Shown: positions 28,542 to 41,635 of the stretch, piece by piece
How the letters are laid out: the number at the start of each line of letters is the position of its first letter
Position numbering within the stretch: position 1 is the stretch's first letter
From: Ramazzottius varieornatus
Taxonomy: Eukaryota > Animalia > Tardigrada
NCBI GenBank assembly: GCA_001949185.1
Contig: BDGG01000003.1
Span: 2,835,158-2,899,157 of the forward strand
Length of the DNA: 64,000 bases
Direction: 5' to 3'
Translations under genes and position numbers: made by a program
Notes under the pieces: model-generated
What the model was told of the DNA's origin: nothing
Seen by the model: only the letters and a program-made list of their open reading frames with translations
The model's database searches: none

Positions 28542-31500
28542 ATGAAGAAGCAGAACATTCGAACGTTGTCGCTAATTGTCTGTACATTTACATATCTGCT
28601 AATTGGAGCGGCTATTTTTGACGCTGTGGAGGGCGATACTGAGGAGCAACAACGACTGATGCTCGACGACCTGGATGTTTTCTACAGGAACAAGTATAAT
28701 ATGAGCGCGATCGACTGGAAGATTCTCGAAACTATCATTGTAAGTCCCTTACTGAGCACCGCATCGGATATTCTACTATATTTAGGATTTTAGAAGATTT
28801 AGACAGTATTACATACAGGTACCTACAGAGTTCTTCTGACTATCCAGAAATCGTAAAGCTGATTGAAAGGAAGCCTCATCCTCGTGCCATAACATTCTCC
28901 CTCTTACTGTCCACGTTGTAAAGGGTGTGGTACCAGTACCCACCTTGATAAGGTTTCTGATGAACACGATGGTTCTTTGTGGGGTTCAAACAGCGAAGTA
29001 TGGGCAGAGGAGGACGCTGAAGTGACCCTACGAAAACAGTTATCGTAATCTGTTATTAGACAAACTGGCAAAGTCATCTTTCGATAATCTTGTCCCTGTG
29101 GGCATCCAGCAATTAAGTTTCTTTGTCGGTTCCTCGTCCTGCTGCTTTATGTTTGCTTATGGCAGAGGAATCGTCAAAGTGCCGGCGGAAATGGACCGAG
29201 TTATGTCTATCTCTCTCCTCTTTCTCTGTTGCAGATAAAAAGTGTCCCTCACAAGGCTGGAACTCAGTGGCATTTTTCGGGAGCCATCTATTTCGCAACG
29301 ACTGTTATTACAACCATCGGTAAGCAAAGACCTCAAACAGCCTTTGAAGAAACCGTTGATTCCGCTATACACAGAAATATCGACAAGTACCCAACTCACA
29401 ACTACATTTCTCAACCGAAAACGTTTTTTACCACAGTGCGCTAATTAAAGCAAATCGGAGAACGCGGCAAAAATTAGACCACCATACGAACCTGTTTCCT
29501 TGTGGGACTGTAAGGGCGGTTGTAGTTTTTTTCTCGAAAGGAGTATGTAGAGTATGTAGCCATCTCTTTGAGTTATTTGTTCACTTATCGGACTATTCTA
29601 GCGTGACATTATACAGCTTGACACTTCCTGCGGCTGTCCTTCTGTGAAATATTCGCTGTGTCGGGTTTCCTTCCCATGTCCATGTCTGCTGGCAGCCACT
29701 GCATAACTCCCTGTAATGCTCATCCATTTTTTACTCGGACGAGATTGAATGCTTCGTTTGTCCAGGCTCCGCCATCTGCTCTTGGAAGACTGGAATGCCC
29801 TCGATATCTTTCCAGGCCTCGCGACGTTCAGCCAGCGTCTCTTGGTGCGAGACCTTCGATCGGTGTAATGTGCACTGGGTTCCAGCTGGGTTGTCCGCGT
29901 GCGTTCTTCCTTCGTGATGGTCAGCCTGGTCATTAGGCTTTGTCTGAGAATGATACTTTGGAGGAACTTTCTATGATTGTAGGCGTTAGAGAAAACAAAA
30001 GATTTCCATGACAAAAGTATAAGACATGGTATTGGACAAAGCTCTTCGACTTCCTGTCGTTAAATCAAGTGCTATGTTCTCTATCGATTTCTTCTCGCTT
30101 GAAATCTCGCCATCGACCGATGCCAAGCCGACATTTCTCCCAGAGTTCGTTGCATCTTGCAGACAGGCATGCCCCACTTTTTAGGATGGAAAAGAGCGCG
30201 CGAGTCTGCTGCAAAGATAGGTCTAATGGCCGGCTGTAATGGGGACTGAAGCAAATGGATAGTTAGCGCTCGTTCGGCTCTAATTTCAGAAAGAATCGAA
30301 AGACCGATGCGCAAACTGTTTTAACTTCATTCTGGGTGTATCTGTACGATAAGTAACGACGACGTATTTTTGGCACGCTAAAATGAAGTTTATTCGATAC
30401 ATGTTGGAACCGAAATATTTGCGTCACTTTATCTGGGAGTCTAACGTCATCACGCGGTCCTCAAGCTCTACTCGCATCTGTTGCAGATGGTCTTATTGTT
30501 TATCCGTCATTGAAACTGCAAGGTCTTCGATCGCAACATCTATCAGGAATAGCCAGGCTTTGATTGATTTATGCAAATGAACTTTGCAAATAGTGGAGGA
30601 GGCATGGCGGATGATGTGATCGATGCCTGGGATACGGATGTATTGGACACGACAAGCCAATGCAATCAAGCTGCCACAGAATAAGCCGTCTCACTAGGTT
30701 CGCGCGATCCCCGTTGTGCAAATTACCATTCAGTGAAAGACGCTTTTGAGTTTCCGATCAAAATTTGCACGAATGCCAAAAACGATGTAAAGATCTTCAA
30801 GACCTAAGCTTACCTTCACATTCTCAAAAAAAGCATTCTAGAACACCGAAACCGTCTTTCATGGACCCACGACAAGTCCAGGCATTTCGAGGTCTAAAAC
30901 GACTCAGTGTGTAGTCCTCGTAATACGTGTCGAAACTTTAAATTAGCTCGTTCTGACATGTGGAGTGCATGTATGTATTACCGGAGAGGAGAGAGATGAT
31001 AGTGCTTTCGAGTCATGCATATATGAAGGAGCTAAGCATGTTCGCAGCATCTGTCGAGTTCGCGTCGTTCGGAAATGACACCGCTCTCCGATAAGCAAAA
31101 CTCAGAAGGATCGCAGAAGGCGCACATGAGTCAGGCTATAGCGTAATACACATCAATCGATTCTCAATGTGAAGGATCTATCTATCATTTGAACTTTTAT
31201 CCTTGTTCCACTTCGTTTCCGCAAGGATATTGTATATTTAGCTGGCCAGTTAAAATCTAACCCTCGTCGCTGTTTGCTCGCGTGAACGCAACTGTTCCCG
31301 TTCAAAGTGGCGCACTAATGTACGTACGGCGGATGCTGACAGTCTAAGCCCTTGTGCCTTGACCCTCTAAGCCTCCCCCGAGTTATTTTTATTCGTGATA
31401 ACGACGGCTTTACGATGGTTATTTCCGGGTCCTCGTTTACTGGAATTAGGGAGTAGAACCGCCAGTTAAAATTTTACCAAAAAGTCACATAGCATGAAAT

Positions 31501-33491
31501 GATCTACGCGTTCGACCTTCGTACAGAGACTAACTCTCGTCCACTTCCGGGTTCCTAGAGAAACGATCACTCGGTGGACTGAATCCACGTAGCTTTAGTT
31601 TCTCGACCTCTCAACCAGTGTTGCTGGCAAACTGAATCCAAACAGTGCTAACCTTGTCCAATAAAGTGAGACCACAGGGAAGTTTGTCTGTGCGTCACGC
31701 ATACTAAATACGACATCGTAATCATGAACTCCCACGTCTCCCGGCTTCATACACCAATTTGCCAGAATGTTATTAGGGAGGTCTAGAGTGGCATCCGCGT
31801 GTCCTCCATCTCGTAACCACAACTGTCGCTACAATAATCCAAATATTTTTTCCAGCTTTCCGTCAGCCGCCTACATGCACGACAGAGCCGCCTATATTAT
31901 ACATGGCAAAGTGACGACAAGGGTTCTGGCATGAAAAAACTGCTGATAAGGAGGACTATATCTTGATGAAGGCCGGATAGAATTTCCTAGTGCCTGGGAG
32001 GATGTTTGATTGAGGATCGGTTTTAATAGTCATTTAAGTTGACAACAGATGCATCGCCAAATCGTTAAGCTGCAATTATTAGGCTCTGAAAAAATGAGGC
32101 TTCCGATAACGATGTGCTGACGTCAGTAGGTTTTCCTCTTGAGATTCACCCATTTCAAAGCGCCTGGATGCCGTTGAGTCAAGTGTATTTACTGCCGTTC
32201 GTCAGTATCACATGACAAACTCGGATGCAGAGTTCACGCTGACAATTCCCCGATCGACCTTTTCCTAGTTCACTCACAGCACGAACTATGTCTAAAAAGA
32301 TTAAAAACAATATTGTACAAATCCCAAACGATTATCGCGATGTTTTCTACGTGCAGATGTATCACACCAATCGTTCCTCCGTGCTTTCGAGCAATTTCGT
32401 AAAGTTATAACTAACTTTGTTTCGTCTCTTTCAGGTTATGGCCACTCCACGCCCTTGACTTATGGTGGGAAGTGCTTCTGTATGGTAAGGAATCATTTGT
32501 GGGCAGAGATATTAGGGCAGAAATCCGTTTTGTGATGGAATACGGGCGACCTCGTCGAGGTAGAAGTAAGCTTATGTAAACGAGTACCATAAATTTACTT
32601 TTGCAGGCTTACGCGACAATCGGGATCCCTCTGGGCCTGGTGATGTTTCAGTGTATCGGTGAACGGCTCAACAGTTTTGTCGCCTTCCTGCTCAAAGCTT
32701 TAAAAAAATGCCTGCGGCTACGCAACACCGAGCCTTCCCAAACCGATCTGATCATGGTGATCGGGACCATGTCTTCGGTGGTCATTTTCGCGGGAGCCGC
32801 CGGTTTCTCATACTTCGAAGGCTGGGGCTACTTCGATGCTATATACTACTGCTTCATCACCCTGTCGACCATCGGCTTCGGCGACTTCGTAGCCATGCAG
32901 AAGAACGGGGTTCTCGAGTCGAAACCCGGCTACTTGGCCTTCAGTCTCATATTCATCCTCTTTGGGCTCAACACTTTCGCTGCCTTGATGAACCTTCTGG
33001 TTCTTCGTTTCATGACAGCCAACACTCAAGATGAGCGTGCTCAACAACAAGAGGCAGAACTAGCCCGACTGCAGGCCGTGCATGTCGAAGGTGACATAAT
33101 ACAGCATAACAAAGTTAACGGCAGTATCTGTTCTGAGAGGCATGCCCCACCTGAAACGCGAGAGGCTCCCGCAAGAGCTCTTATGCACCGCACAGTGGAG
33201 GATGATGGAGCCTCAGTGTGTTCTTGCACTTGCTATCGTCCCTACAGAGCCGAACGACACCCCGTAGAGTATCCCATTAATAACGCTCCGCCATCAAGGA
33301 GAAAACCCAAGCATTACACCGCTCGACGCTCACCCACGAAAATATCCCATCTGCTACCCATGGAGACCTACGTCCCCGACGACTACAACGACGACGATGT
33401 ACCGCCCTTCCATGAAAAGGATTTTGACGCAGTGGAAACTCACGCGTTTCTAAGTTCGCCAGCATCGAAAGGCAAACGCCATTCATTCTGA
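28542..33491 (+). CDS. TASK-type two-pore potassium channel (KCNK3/KCNK9-like); exons ~28542-28739, 29235-29319, 32435-32484, 32607-33491
   Basis: N-terminus [28 protein letters not shown]; P1 TTI|GYGHSTP; P2 TIGFGD; [15 protein letters not shown]; [10 protein letters not shown]; C-terminal KRHSF. Confidence 0.93.
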
Positions 33492-34255
33492 GTTTCCGGG
33501 CGTTTTCGCCGTCAAGTTTTTGAACTGTGATACGCACCGTGCAGAATGTTTTCGTGGGACCTCAGACTTTGATGTGTTGGCAATGGGGATTAGCAAAAGG
33601 CGGACTTAATTTTTACTCCCCCTGATAAACCGCTGTTCGAGTTAACTTTGTGGATCCGTTTCCACAAGGGAGATCCTTGATCACACAACAGGGCCAAAGA
33701 ACGTTGATGGAATTTTCAAGTCATATCGACCTTATGTAAGGACGTCGACGACCCGACGGGATCAAGTCCCACAGCGGCAGATAAGCGCAGTCCTCTAGCC
33801 TTTGCATGTTCCAACGCAGCGATCGCATACAGAACGCCCACTGCTTGAACTTCACCGGAAACCAAAGAAAGCAAGATCTACTTGAAACTAATCTACTCTA
33901 ATTCAAGATTAGCGGCTTTCTTCAACGCCGACATTTTGTTCCTACGATTTTGCTCAAGAGGTTTGAATTTGGGGTAGCTCATCCTTATTCGATTGATTTC
34001 GATGTATCGTATACTTATTTCACCAAGGAATACCCCGGGACCTCCAATGTGGTTTTTTCATCGAGTCGTGCCAGCGATGACCTGCGATGACTATAAATAA
34101 AACCATACAAGTGTACGACAAAATAAACCGTTGAAAATGGGTGTATGGAGCCAGATGGTTAAAGCCAATGAAATTTGCGCATGCAGTAAAACCTAATTAT
34201 TTTTTTAGGATGCTGTTGAGGCGCGGGTTGCCTCCCTTGGTCATTGCTCGTGCTT

Positions 34256-36405
34256 TTATTTGATATTCCCCGTTCTGGCCATTCGTTCATCGGCTGCGCC
34301 CAGACACCCCATCCGATTAATGGAGACCATTGAACGAAAGACCGAATCTGCACACAGATATATCGCAATCAGGCCGTCAAGAAGGGACATGGTACCAAAC
34401 CGGTTGGTAAACTTGCCGCTCTGCCGCAAGGCGGTTTCCGGTCCTCCCGACATGTGAACCATCAGAGCGAACCAGTATCGCTTGATGCTGTTCTCTTTAG
34501 ACTGTGGTCCGTAGTAGTGAGCTATTATACGCTTTCCAGTATCGTAATAGTTCGGATGTATACATCGTGGCCTGGTCGAAGTTGCGTCCGATCAGGCGCG
34601 TGCTTCGGCCAATACTCTTGTTACTCCAGCTTGATCAGGGCTTCCGGTTTCGGCCGGTCGTCCAGCTCGGGGAAATGCCAACGCGTCTCACGTTTCTCGT
34701 ATGCATCTAGTTGACGGACCAAAGAGCATGTGTGCATTCTCTTATCCGCGTCTTGTTGTCGCTGTTCTTCTTCATGGTTTCCGGCAACTCGTATAGGTCG
34801 TCTACGTGATCTGCGAAAAGGAAAGCTGTAAGCTCGAGGGATCTCCAGTCGAATACAATATACCCTTACCGAAGGTGGCGTCTTTAACGGAAGAGTCCAC
34901 CACGTCCGACACCAGTTCATTCGCTCTTCTCAACTCAATGCAGTTTTTCGCGGTCCAACTAGAGGTCGAAACCAAAGGCGATCTTTCTTTGCGAACGTGC
35001 AGGTACGAGTTTTCTCTGAGGTGCTCACGACGAAAGATGTTGGACGGTTAACGAACCGAGGACTTGACGTTGGAAACCATCTTTGATGGTCAGCCGATTC
35101 CACTTTCCACTGCACAATTTCCGGTGCACCTGTAGACCGATGCACCTCACGTGGTCTGAAATCAATGCAAGTTAGATTTCAATGAGGTCTATCGCTGTAA
35201 AATATTTCGGCCTTTTTTCTACGAGATGTTCAGACAGGTTGGTGCCCAGCACGGCCCTATTGGACAGTTTCGTATGAAAAGAGCATTGTAACCCGTACCT
35301 GCGATACATACCTATAGTTCCGGCCAGAACTTTGGTGACATGGTCAAGCACCTCGTTCTTGCCTATCGGAGAACTTTCGTCGAAAGAATACTCAAAGCTG
35401 CGCGACATGGATTCTCTTCTGCCCAGCAGATACTCCAACAACTGCCAGCAGTATTTGATACTCTCATCGAAGTGGGTTTCTGGCGGTGTTTCCTGGAGCC
35501 CAGGTAGTCTATCCAGAACTTCCACATCGAAAAAAATATGGTTTGTACAGCTGAGCTTTCTCCAATTCATCGGCTGGAGTCTTCCAGCACTGCGGCGAGT
35601 AGATCGTTCCACCCGAACTGGGATGCACTTGCAAAGAGGGCGTACCAGACAACAGATTGTCGAAAGATTTCCAGCAGCCCTCTTTGAATCTTTTCCGATT
35701 TTTCTTCCCTCTGATTTCTGAACTTTCGCTGAAATTTTCGTTTTTGACTGCTTCAAGTCTTTCTACGGAGCCTGTTTACCTTTCTTGTATACTTCAGTCC
35801 CTACCAACGTGGATGGCTCCGCCACTGTTTCGTCCCTCGGCTGTTGAGTCTTTTGCTCTTTACTGGGCGACGCATCTGTTATATTCTCCGGAGATCTTTT
35901 CGTTGGAGCGGAAGACGAAGAAAGGTTCTTAACTGGCTTCGCCTTCTTCCCTTCCGGCATGCGCGGCTGGGACGACTTTGCAGGTAGGCGAACGGAACCA
36001 TCGAAATCATTAGGGAAGAGCGGCATGTTTTCTTCCAGAGGTTCTTCATAACTATATTTTTCTTTGTTCCGATATCTTTCTTGATAGCTCTAGATGATCC
36101 ACCACCCTCTGAATTTCAAGCGGAGAAGTCAGCTTTTCCTGGTCAACCAGTTCGGGCAGGATTGACAGATCCATGCGGTTTCCGCTGGAGCTGATGGTGG
36201 GAATAAGAGAATAACCTAAAGGGTTTGATCCATCGCGGCAGTACTCCAAACCCACGCAATCACTCACTCTGACGACACGATTCTCGTACCTTAGCCTGTA
36301 AACCGTCAGCAGTACGGATTGCGGCTGGACATCGTATTTCCACGTTGCAGCCTTTGGGACAATCAGCATCACCAAATCCGCGAACATGTTATCCTCGGAC
36401 GTCAT
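34256..36405 (-). pseudogene. Decayed tandem copy of the BEN-like repeat gene
   Basis: MTSEDNMFADLVMLIVPKA aligns with the 39676 gene. There is a frameshift near 36088 (YQERYRNKEK lies in another frame) and a stop at 35763. Repeat 3 and part of repeat 2 are absent. Positions 34540-34700 are nearly identical to 37180-37345. Confidence 0.7.
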
Positions 36406-36813
36406 CACTGCTGTCAGCAGGACCATCGAGCAGTAATCATCCAGAGGCTGGCAGCACGCTTCCCACAGACGAAATAATTCCAGTTAGAATACAGCTTAGC
36501 CAGCAGATGCAGGACGATAACAACGAGCACATCCAGAGTCCGGACCTAAATTCCTGAAACAGTCTGATTACTTCCGGTTGGCTATAACGATTAACGAAAG
36601 TGCGAAAACGATGACATGGCACAACATTACGAAATCACACATTACATTACGGTGATACGGTTATCGACTTATCGTTTGGTTATTTAGCCCTGTCGGACTT
36701 TGTAGGTAACTTCCTCAGATCTCGCAATCAAAAACAGGACACTGTGTCTGATCACTGGAACAAGGAAAAAGACAAAAGCAAGACGGAGAGTCTGACGGGA
36801 CATCAAAAGAGCT

Positions 36814-39676
36814 TTACGGAACGTTAAGGGCTTTTTCCAGCAGACTTCTTGGGCGACGGGGATGACTTCCGTTGGCCATCCGGGCGTCATGGATATCCGT
36901 GGTCCGTCGTAACACAGCCATCTGCTCCGAAACAGCGAAATGGCAGGCCGCAGGATTTATAGAGACTACCAAGTGAAAGACCGAGTCTGCATGCAAGCAT
37001 ACCGCGATCAGGTCGTCAAGAACGAACACCGAAGTCAGTCCGTTGGCGAACCTCCCACTTTGCCACAGTGAGAAGGCGGTTTCTAGTCCTCCCAGCATAT
37101 GCATAAGCAAAGCCATGCTGTACTTCTTGATGCTGCTTTGCTTGGACTGTGGTCCGAAGTACTGCGCTATACTTTCCAGTATCTTGGTTCGGATGTATAC
37201 ATCGTGGCCTGGTCGAAGTTGCGTCCGATCAGGCGCGGGCTTCCGCCAGTACTCTTGCTGCTCCAACTTGGTCAATTCTTCCGGTTTCGGTCGATCGTCC
37301 AACTCGGGAAAATGCCATCGTGCTTTTCCCTTCTCATATGCTTCCACCTGACGCACTAAGAAACCGCGAGTGCGTTCTAATAGTTTCTTACGGATAGTGG
37401 AAGCGAAACGCAAACTGTCCTGTTTGATGATCTCCGGCAGCTTGAATAGCTTCTCGACATGATCTGAAACACACAGCCAATTGGTACTGAAATGCAAACT
37501 ATAGAATAAAAGCAGTACCTACCAAAGACAGCGTCCTTCAACTCAGTATCGAGAGCTTCTAACAGCGGTTCATTCGCCTTCCCTAATTCCAGCAGCTTCT
37601 TCAAGAGAACTTTTTCCCCTCCAACGGCATGTTGTATAAGCGTCCACGTGTACAAGCTCCAGTCTTTGTTTTTTCTTGTAGATTCAGGACCCAAGTAGCG
37701 CTGGTACTCTGCAAGCCGGACAGTGTCCATGTAGACGGAAAACCTTGGTGATAGTCGCGTTCGGTGAGAAGCCGGTGTTATCCAGTAGTTGGCTCCGGGT
37801 TCTGCTGGCAAAACTTCGGAAGGAGCAGGAGGTACTGAGGAAAAGCCAGTGACGATAGTCTGGAATGGAAAGAGAACAGAAGCCATCAACCCAAGGTTTG
37901 ACTCAGTTGGCTTCTTGTGCCAAGCTTGGCATTCGCCAACGCCTTTGCGAAAAGCTTTCAGTTTGAAGCAGTCGTGTAACCCAAAAGTCTTCTTGGTCCT
38001 CTCTGCAATAAATAACACGGTTGTCGAAGAGTGTTATACCAAATTTTCGCACTAATGGACGTACCATATGCAGCTTCGATAACGTTGTCTCCCAGGAGAC
38101 TCAGTAGTCCACCAGCGGTCTTCAGGCCATCCACGAAGACGTCCATACCTCCCATCAGCTCGATGATAATTTCGCAACCGTAGCGAAACCATCGTCGATC
38201 ATCTCTGACCTGATCGTGAATCTTGACGTATTCTTCCTTGTGGCGTTGGTCGATCTCCCGCAGCTTTTCTCTCTCCAAGTACAGGTCAAAGCCATAAGCG
38301 ACCTGAACTTTATCAGCTCCTGGGAACGAGTTCTTCCGCAGGTGGTCTCGAGCGAAGGTGTGCGACAAACGCCGGCTGACAGATTTATGGCCGACGAGAA
38401 CTTTCGGTCGACACGCGGAATTCATTTTCAACCGAACTATCTCCTCTAGCTTGTCCTGAGTGTCTTCTGTCCTGTCCACCGCGAAGGCACGTTCGATGTG
38501 TTCTAAGGTCAAGCAAAGTTTAATTCACCTTAAAAAGTCTCATGAGATAATTTCTGTTTTACCCAGAATTCCGTCGGTTAACTTCCTGATATGTTCGAGT
38601 AGGTCCTTTCTTCCTATCGGTGAGGTGTCGCTTGCGGAGTAAACAAAGCTCCTGTACATGGCTTCGCTTCCGCCAAGTAGATACTCCAATAACGTCCAGC
38701 TGTATTTCACACTGTCATCAAAGCGACTTTCTAGGGGGGACTTTCGAAGATCTGGGACACTGTTCAGTGCTCCTGTATCGACGTAAATTTCCTTGGTGCA
38801 GTTGAGCTTCTGCCGATTGTCTGCCGAGGTTGTCCAGTACTGCGAGGAAAAGATGGTTCCACCGGAATGTGGGTGAACGGGTAGAGATGGAGCGTCGGAC
38901 AGGAAGACCTCGACCGATGCTAACGCTACTGAGTCCAGTTCCTCCCTCATTTTGTCTTCCTTTGATGGCCGTCCTACCTTTCGAAACGGACTCTTCGAAG
39001 TTCCTGACGCTTCTACAGGAACGACAGGGTGGGTCTCTGTTTCACCTTCTGACGATGGAATTTCAACCGACTTTGATGTTTTCTTTCTCTTAGTTGGTTC
39101 GATAGGGACTGCACTCGGACCGTCTTCTCGAAATCTCTTTCCATGAGAAGAGCTAGCCAAAGAACCGCTGATAGAAGCTTTTGCGGCTTTCATAGCACCG
39201 GCCTTCTTTTTCGAACTCGGAGGCGCCTTTTGAGGAGATTGAGAGACACCCTGCGGCTCCCTGGGGTTGCAGGGATGCACTTCCGGTCCAGCTTCGCGCT
39301 CGGTACGGACTTTCTCCTTGTAGCGATATCTCTCATCGTAGTTCTTGTCCAGATGATCCAGTAGTTTCTGAACTTCCTGCGCAGATGTCAGCACGTTCTT
39401 GCCGCTAGCCGTCGGCAGATACCACCAGTCCATCTCGCGTCCACCGGAAGTGAAGGTGGGAATAAGGGAGTATCCAAATGGATTTGTTGCATCACGGCAA
39501 AACTGCAGGCATACGCAATCGCTCACTTTAGCGGTATAGTTCTCGTACCTCAGTCTGTAAGCCGTTAGTAATCTGGACTGCTTCTGAACGTCGAATTTCC
39601 ACCTCGCGTCTTCTTGCGCGGCTTTTGGAATAACCAACATTAGTAGATCCGCAAACATATCTTCTTCCGAAGCCAT
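36814..39676 (-). CDS. Uncharacterised protein with an N-terminal domain, a basic/Ser-rich linker and four tandem BEN-like helical repeats (multi-exon)
   Basis: Four repeats share the pattern YW..(R)..L....(I/V/L)Y...L...Y...L(L/I)..LGG.E....L..(I/V).A, e.g. KYSWTLLEYLLGG, RYGCEIIIELMGG, LYTWTLIQHAVGG, KYSMALLMHMLGG. The BEN assignment is by eye, not by HMM. Confidence 0.6.
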
Positions 39677-40391
39677 CACGTCGATATTAGGGTAACGGGT
39701 TCTCCTCCAGTTTTTGCGTCTTCTCCTGTTGTCAAAGCCCAAGGGGGTCCGGTAATTCGAGAGTGCTGTTCGCGTTGACCCTTACTGGATGTAGAAAACC
39801 CTCAGAGACTACCGGAGCGGGTACAGGGGATTGCGGTGCACTCCCACTCCAGCTGTCCACTTTGTAGCTGTCATGAAGAGATTGCGATACAGTAAAAGAA
39901 GGTAAGAATCAACCTAAATCAACCCATTTCTTCTAAGACGGCTTCTTGCATCTTTTATTGATTTATTTTTCGTACACGCACGACGAGATATCAGGCTGAT
40001 TGCGATTTCTTGATCGGTCAAAACGCACGGTAAATCAATCGCACAGAAATGGAAATAGAAATAACTGAATTACAATTCCCATGATTTTCGTTTTTTCTGC
40101 GTGCGAACTTCACACAAGGGTTTCGCACAGAAAATGATTCGTATTTTGACCGGAAGTTACTCTTCGTGTTCCATTGCTCGGTCATCGCTTACGTCCCAGC
40201 AAACGATCTTCAAGGAAGGTTCTTCCTTCATGATCCAACGGAGGATAGGAGTGCGCACTGCTGCTTGGAGCTCCAAGCTGGTTATTATCTTTGGTACTGA
40301 CTCAGAATCACCTGCGACTCGCTTGTACGTTTGAGGTTACCGTTGCTTCTCGCTTGGAGCTCCAGGCCTTTTTGGAACTCCAAATTCCACG

Positions 40392-41635
40392 ATGTCCGAG
40401 TCCTCTTCGCGAATGGCCCAGTTTTTCGAAGAGCAAGAACGGTTATTCAGACGGCGACGAACCAACTATGCGCTGAGGACAGAGAATATGCTGACTGAGA
40501 CCTACTACGTTCGACATACCTCGGAATTAGCGGAAATGGCCGATGTAATTTTCAGAGCTCACTTCCGGTTGCATAATTACAATGATTTTCTTTATTTGGT
40601 CCACCGCCTGGAAATTTCAGCCATCATGACTTGCTCCAATGGATCCCGTTTTACTGACGAGGTAGCTTTTGCGTTAGTGGTGCGAAGGATGGCTTATCCT
40701 TCGAGGTGGATAGATCTAGCAGATCTTCTTGGACGAGACGTTACGCAGTTATCTAGGATCTACAACACGATGGTCGACTGGCTGTATTCGAAGCACTGCC
40801 ATCGACTAGAATCGCTGGATCAACCCTGGCTGGCCCGAGAAGACGTCGAACGTTATGCGCGTGCTGTTTACCGACGTGGTGGACGATATGGTATGTCTTG
40901 ATGTTGGAACTCCAACCTATTTGGATCTCCAAATATCTCCAAATATTTTCTTTTTAGACAATTGCTGGGCTCTTGTGGACGGAACTGCTCGGCCAATCTG
41001 TCGACCGGGAGCTGATCAAAGGGACTACTACAGCGGACATTGTCGACTGCACGTCCCCAAGTGGCAAAGCATTGTAGCTCCCGACGGTTTGATAGTGAAT
41101 TTGTGGGGACCAGCAGAGGGAAGAAGGCCCAACTGTTTCATACTGGCTCAGAGTAACCTAATTGCTCGCCTCCGAGCAAAGAATGAAGAATGGAGGAAGT
41201 TGTACTGCGTATTCCGGGATCGAGGTTACGGCATCTCGGACGTTGTTCAGCGTTCTTTCAAAGGCGCAGACTTGACGGAAGAAGAAAAGAAGTTCAACGA
41301 AGATTTGGCCTCTTGTCGAATATTTGTTGAGAGCGGGTTCGGAAAAATTATCCAGTATTTTGCTTTTGATAATTACCAGCAAAACAATAAACTATTTCTT
41401 CTGCAGGTGGCCACGAGGTACATTGTTTCTGCTTCTGACGAACTGCCATACCTGTGTTTATGGATTCGGAATAGCGAAGTCTATCTTTAATATAGACTCA
41501 CCAGATCTAGAGCGTTATCTCGACAAAAACCGAGCTTGGATCTCCAAGCATTTGGAACTCCATGTTAAAGATTCACTCAGAATTGTTTTCACCGACTTTG
41601 AAACCAGATTTATTATTACTTTTTCTAACAGCTGA
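40392..41635 (+). pseudogene. Harbinger transposase (HARBI1-like nuclease), intron 40891-40957, frameshift near 41425
   Basis: RRMAYPSRWIDL, NCWALVDGT, YSGH, DGLIVNLWGPAEGRRPN (family HD replaced by PN), FRDRGY and RIFVESGFG. The C-terminal LLTNCHTC is in a shifted frame. Confidence 0.82.

Noticed and set aside
29598-31822. Short ORFs inside the long TASK intron as a nested gene
   Set aside because: No homology signal or coherent exon chain visible.
39677-39742. THAP-like RRRKNW segment at the start of ORF 38540..39742
   Set aside because: No C2CH zinc ligands, and stops lie just upstream. The paralog alignment begins at MASEEDMF, so this is probably 5' UTR.
40392-41635. Domesticated HARBI1 host gene
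   Set aside because: The frameshift, the mutated catalytic motif, the adjacent ORF2 and the TIR-like ends indicate a decayed transposon.
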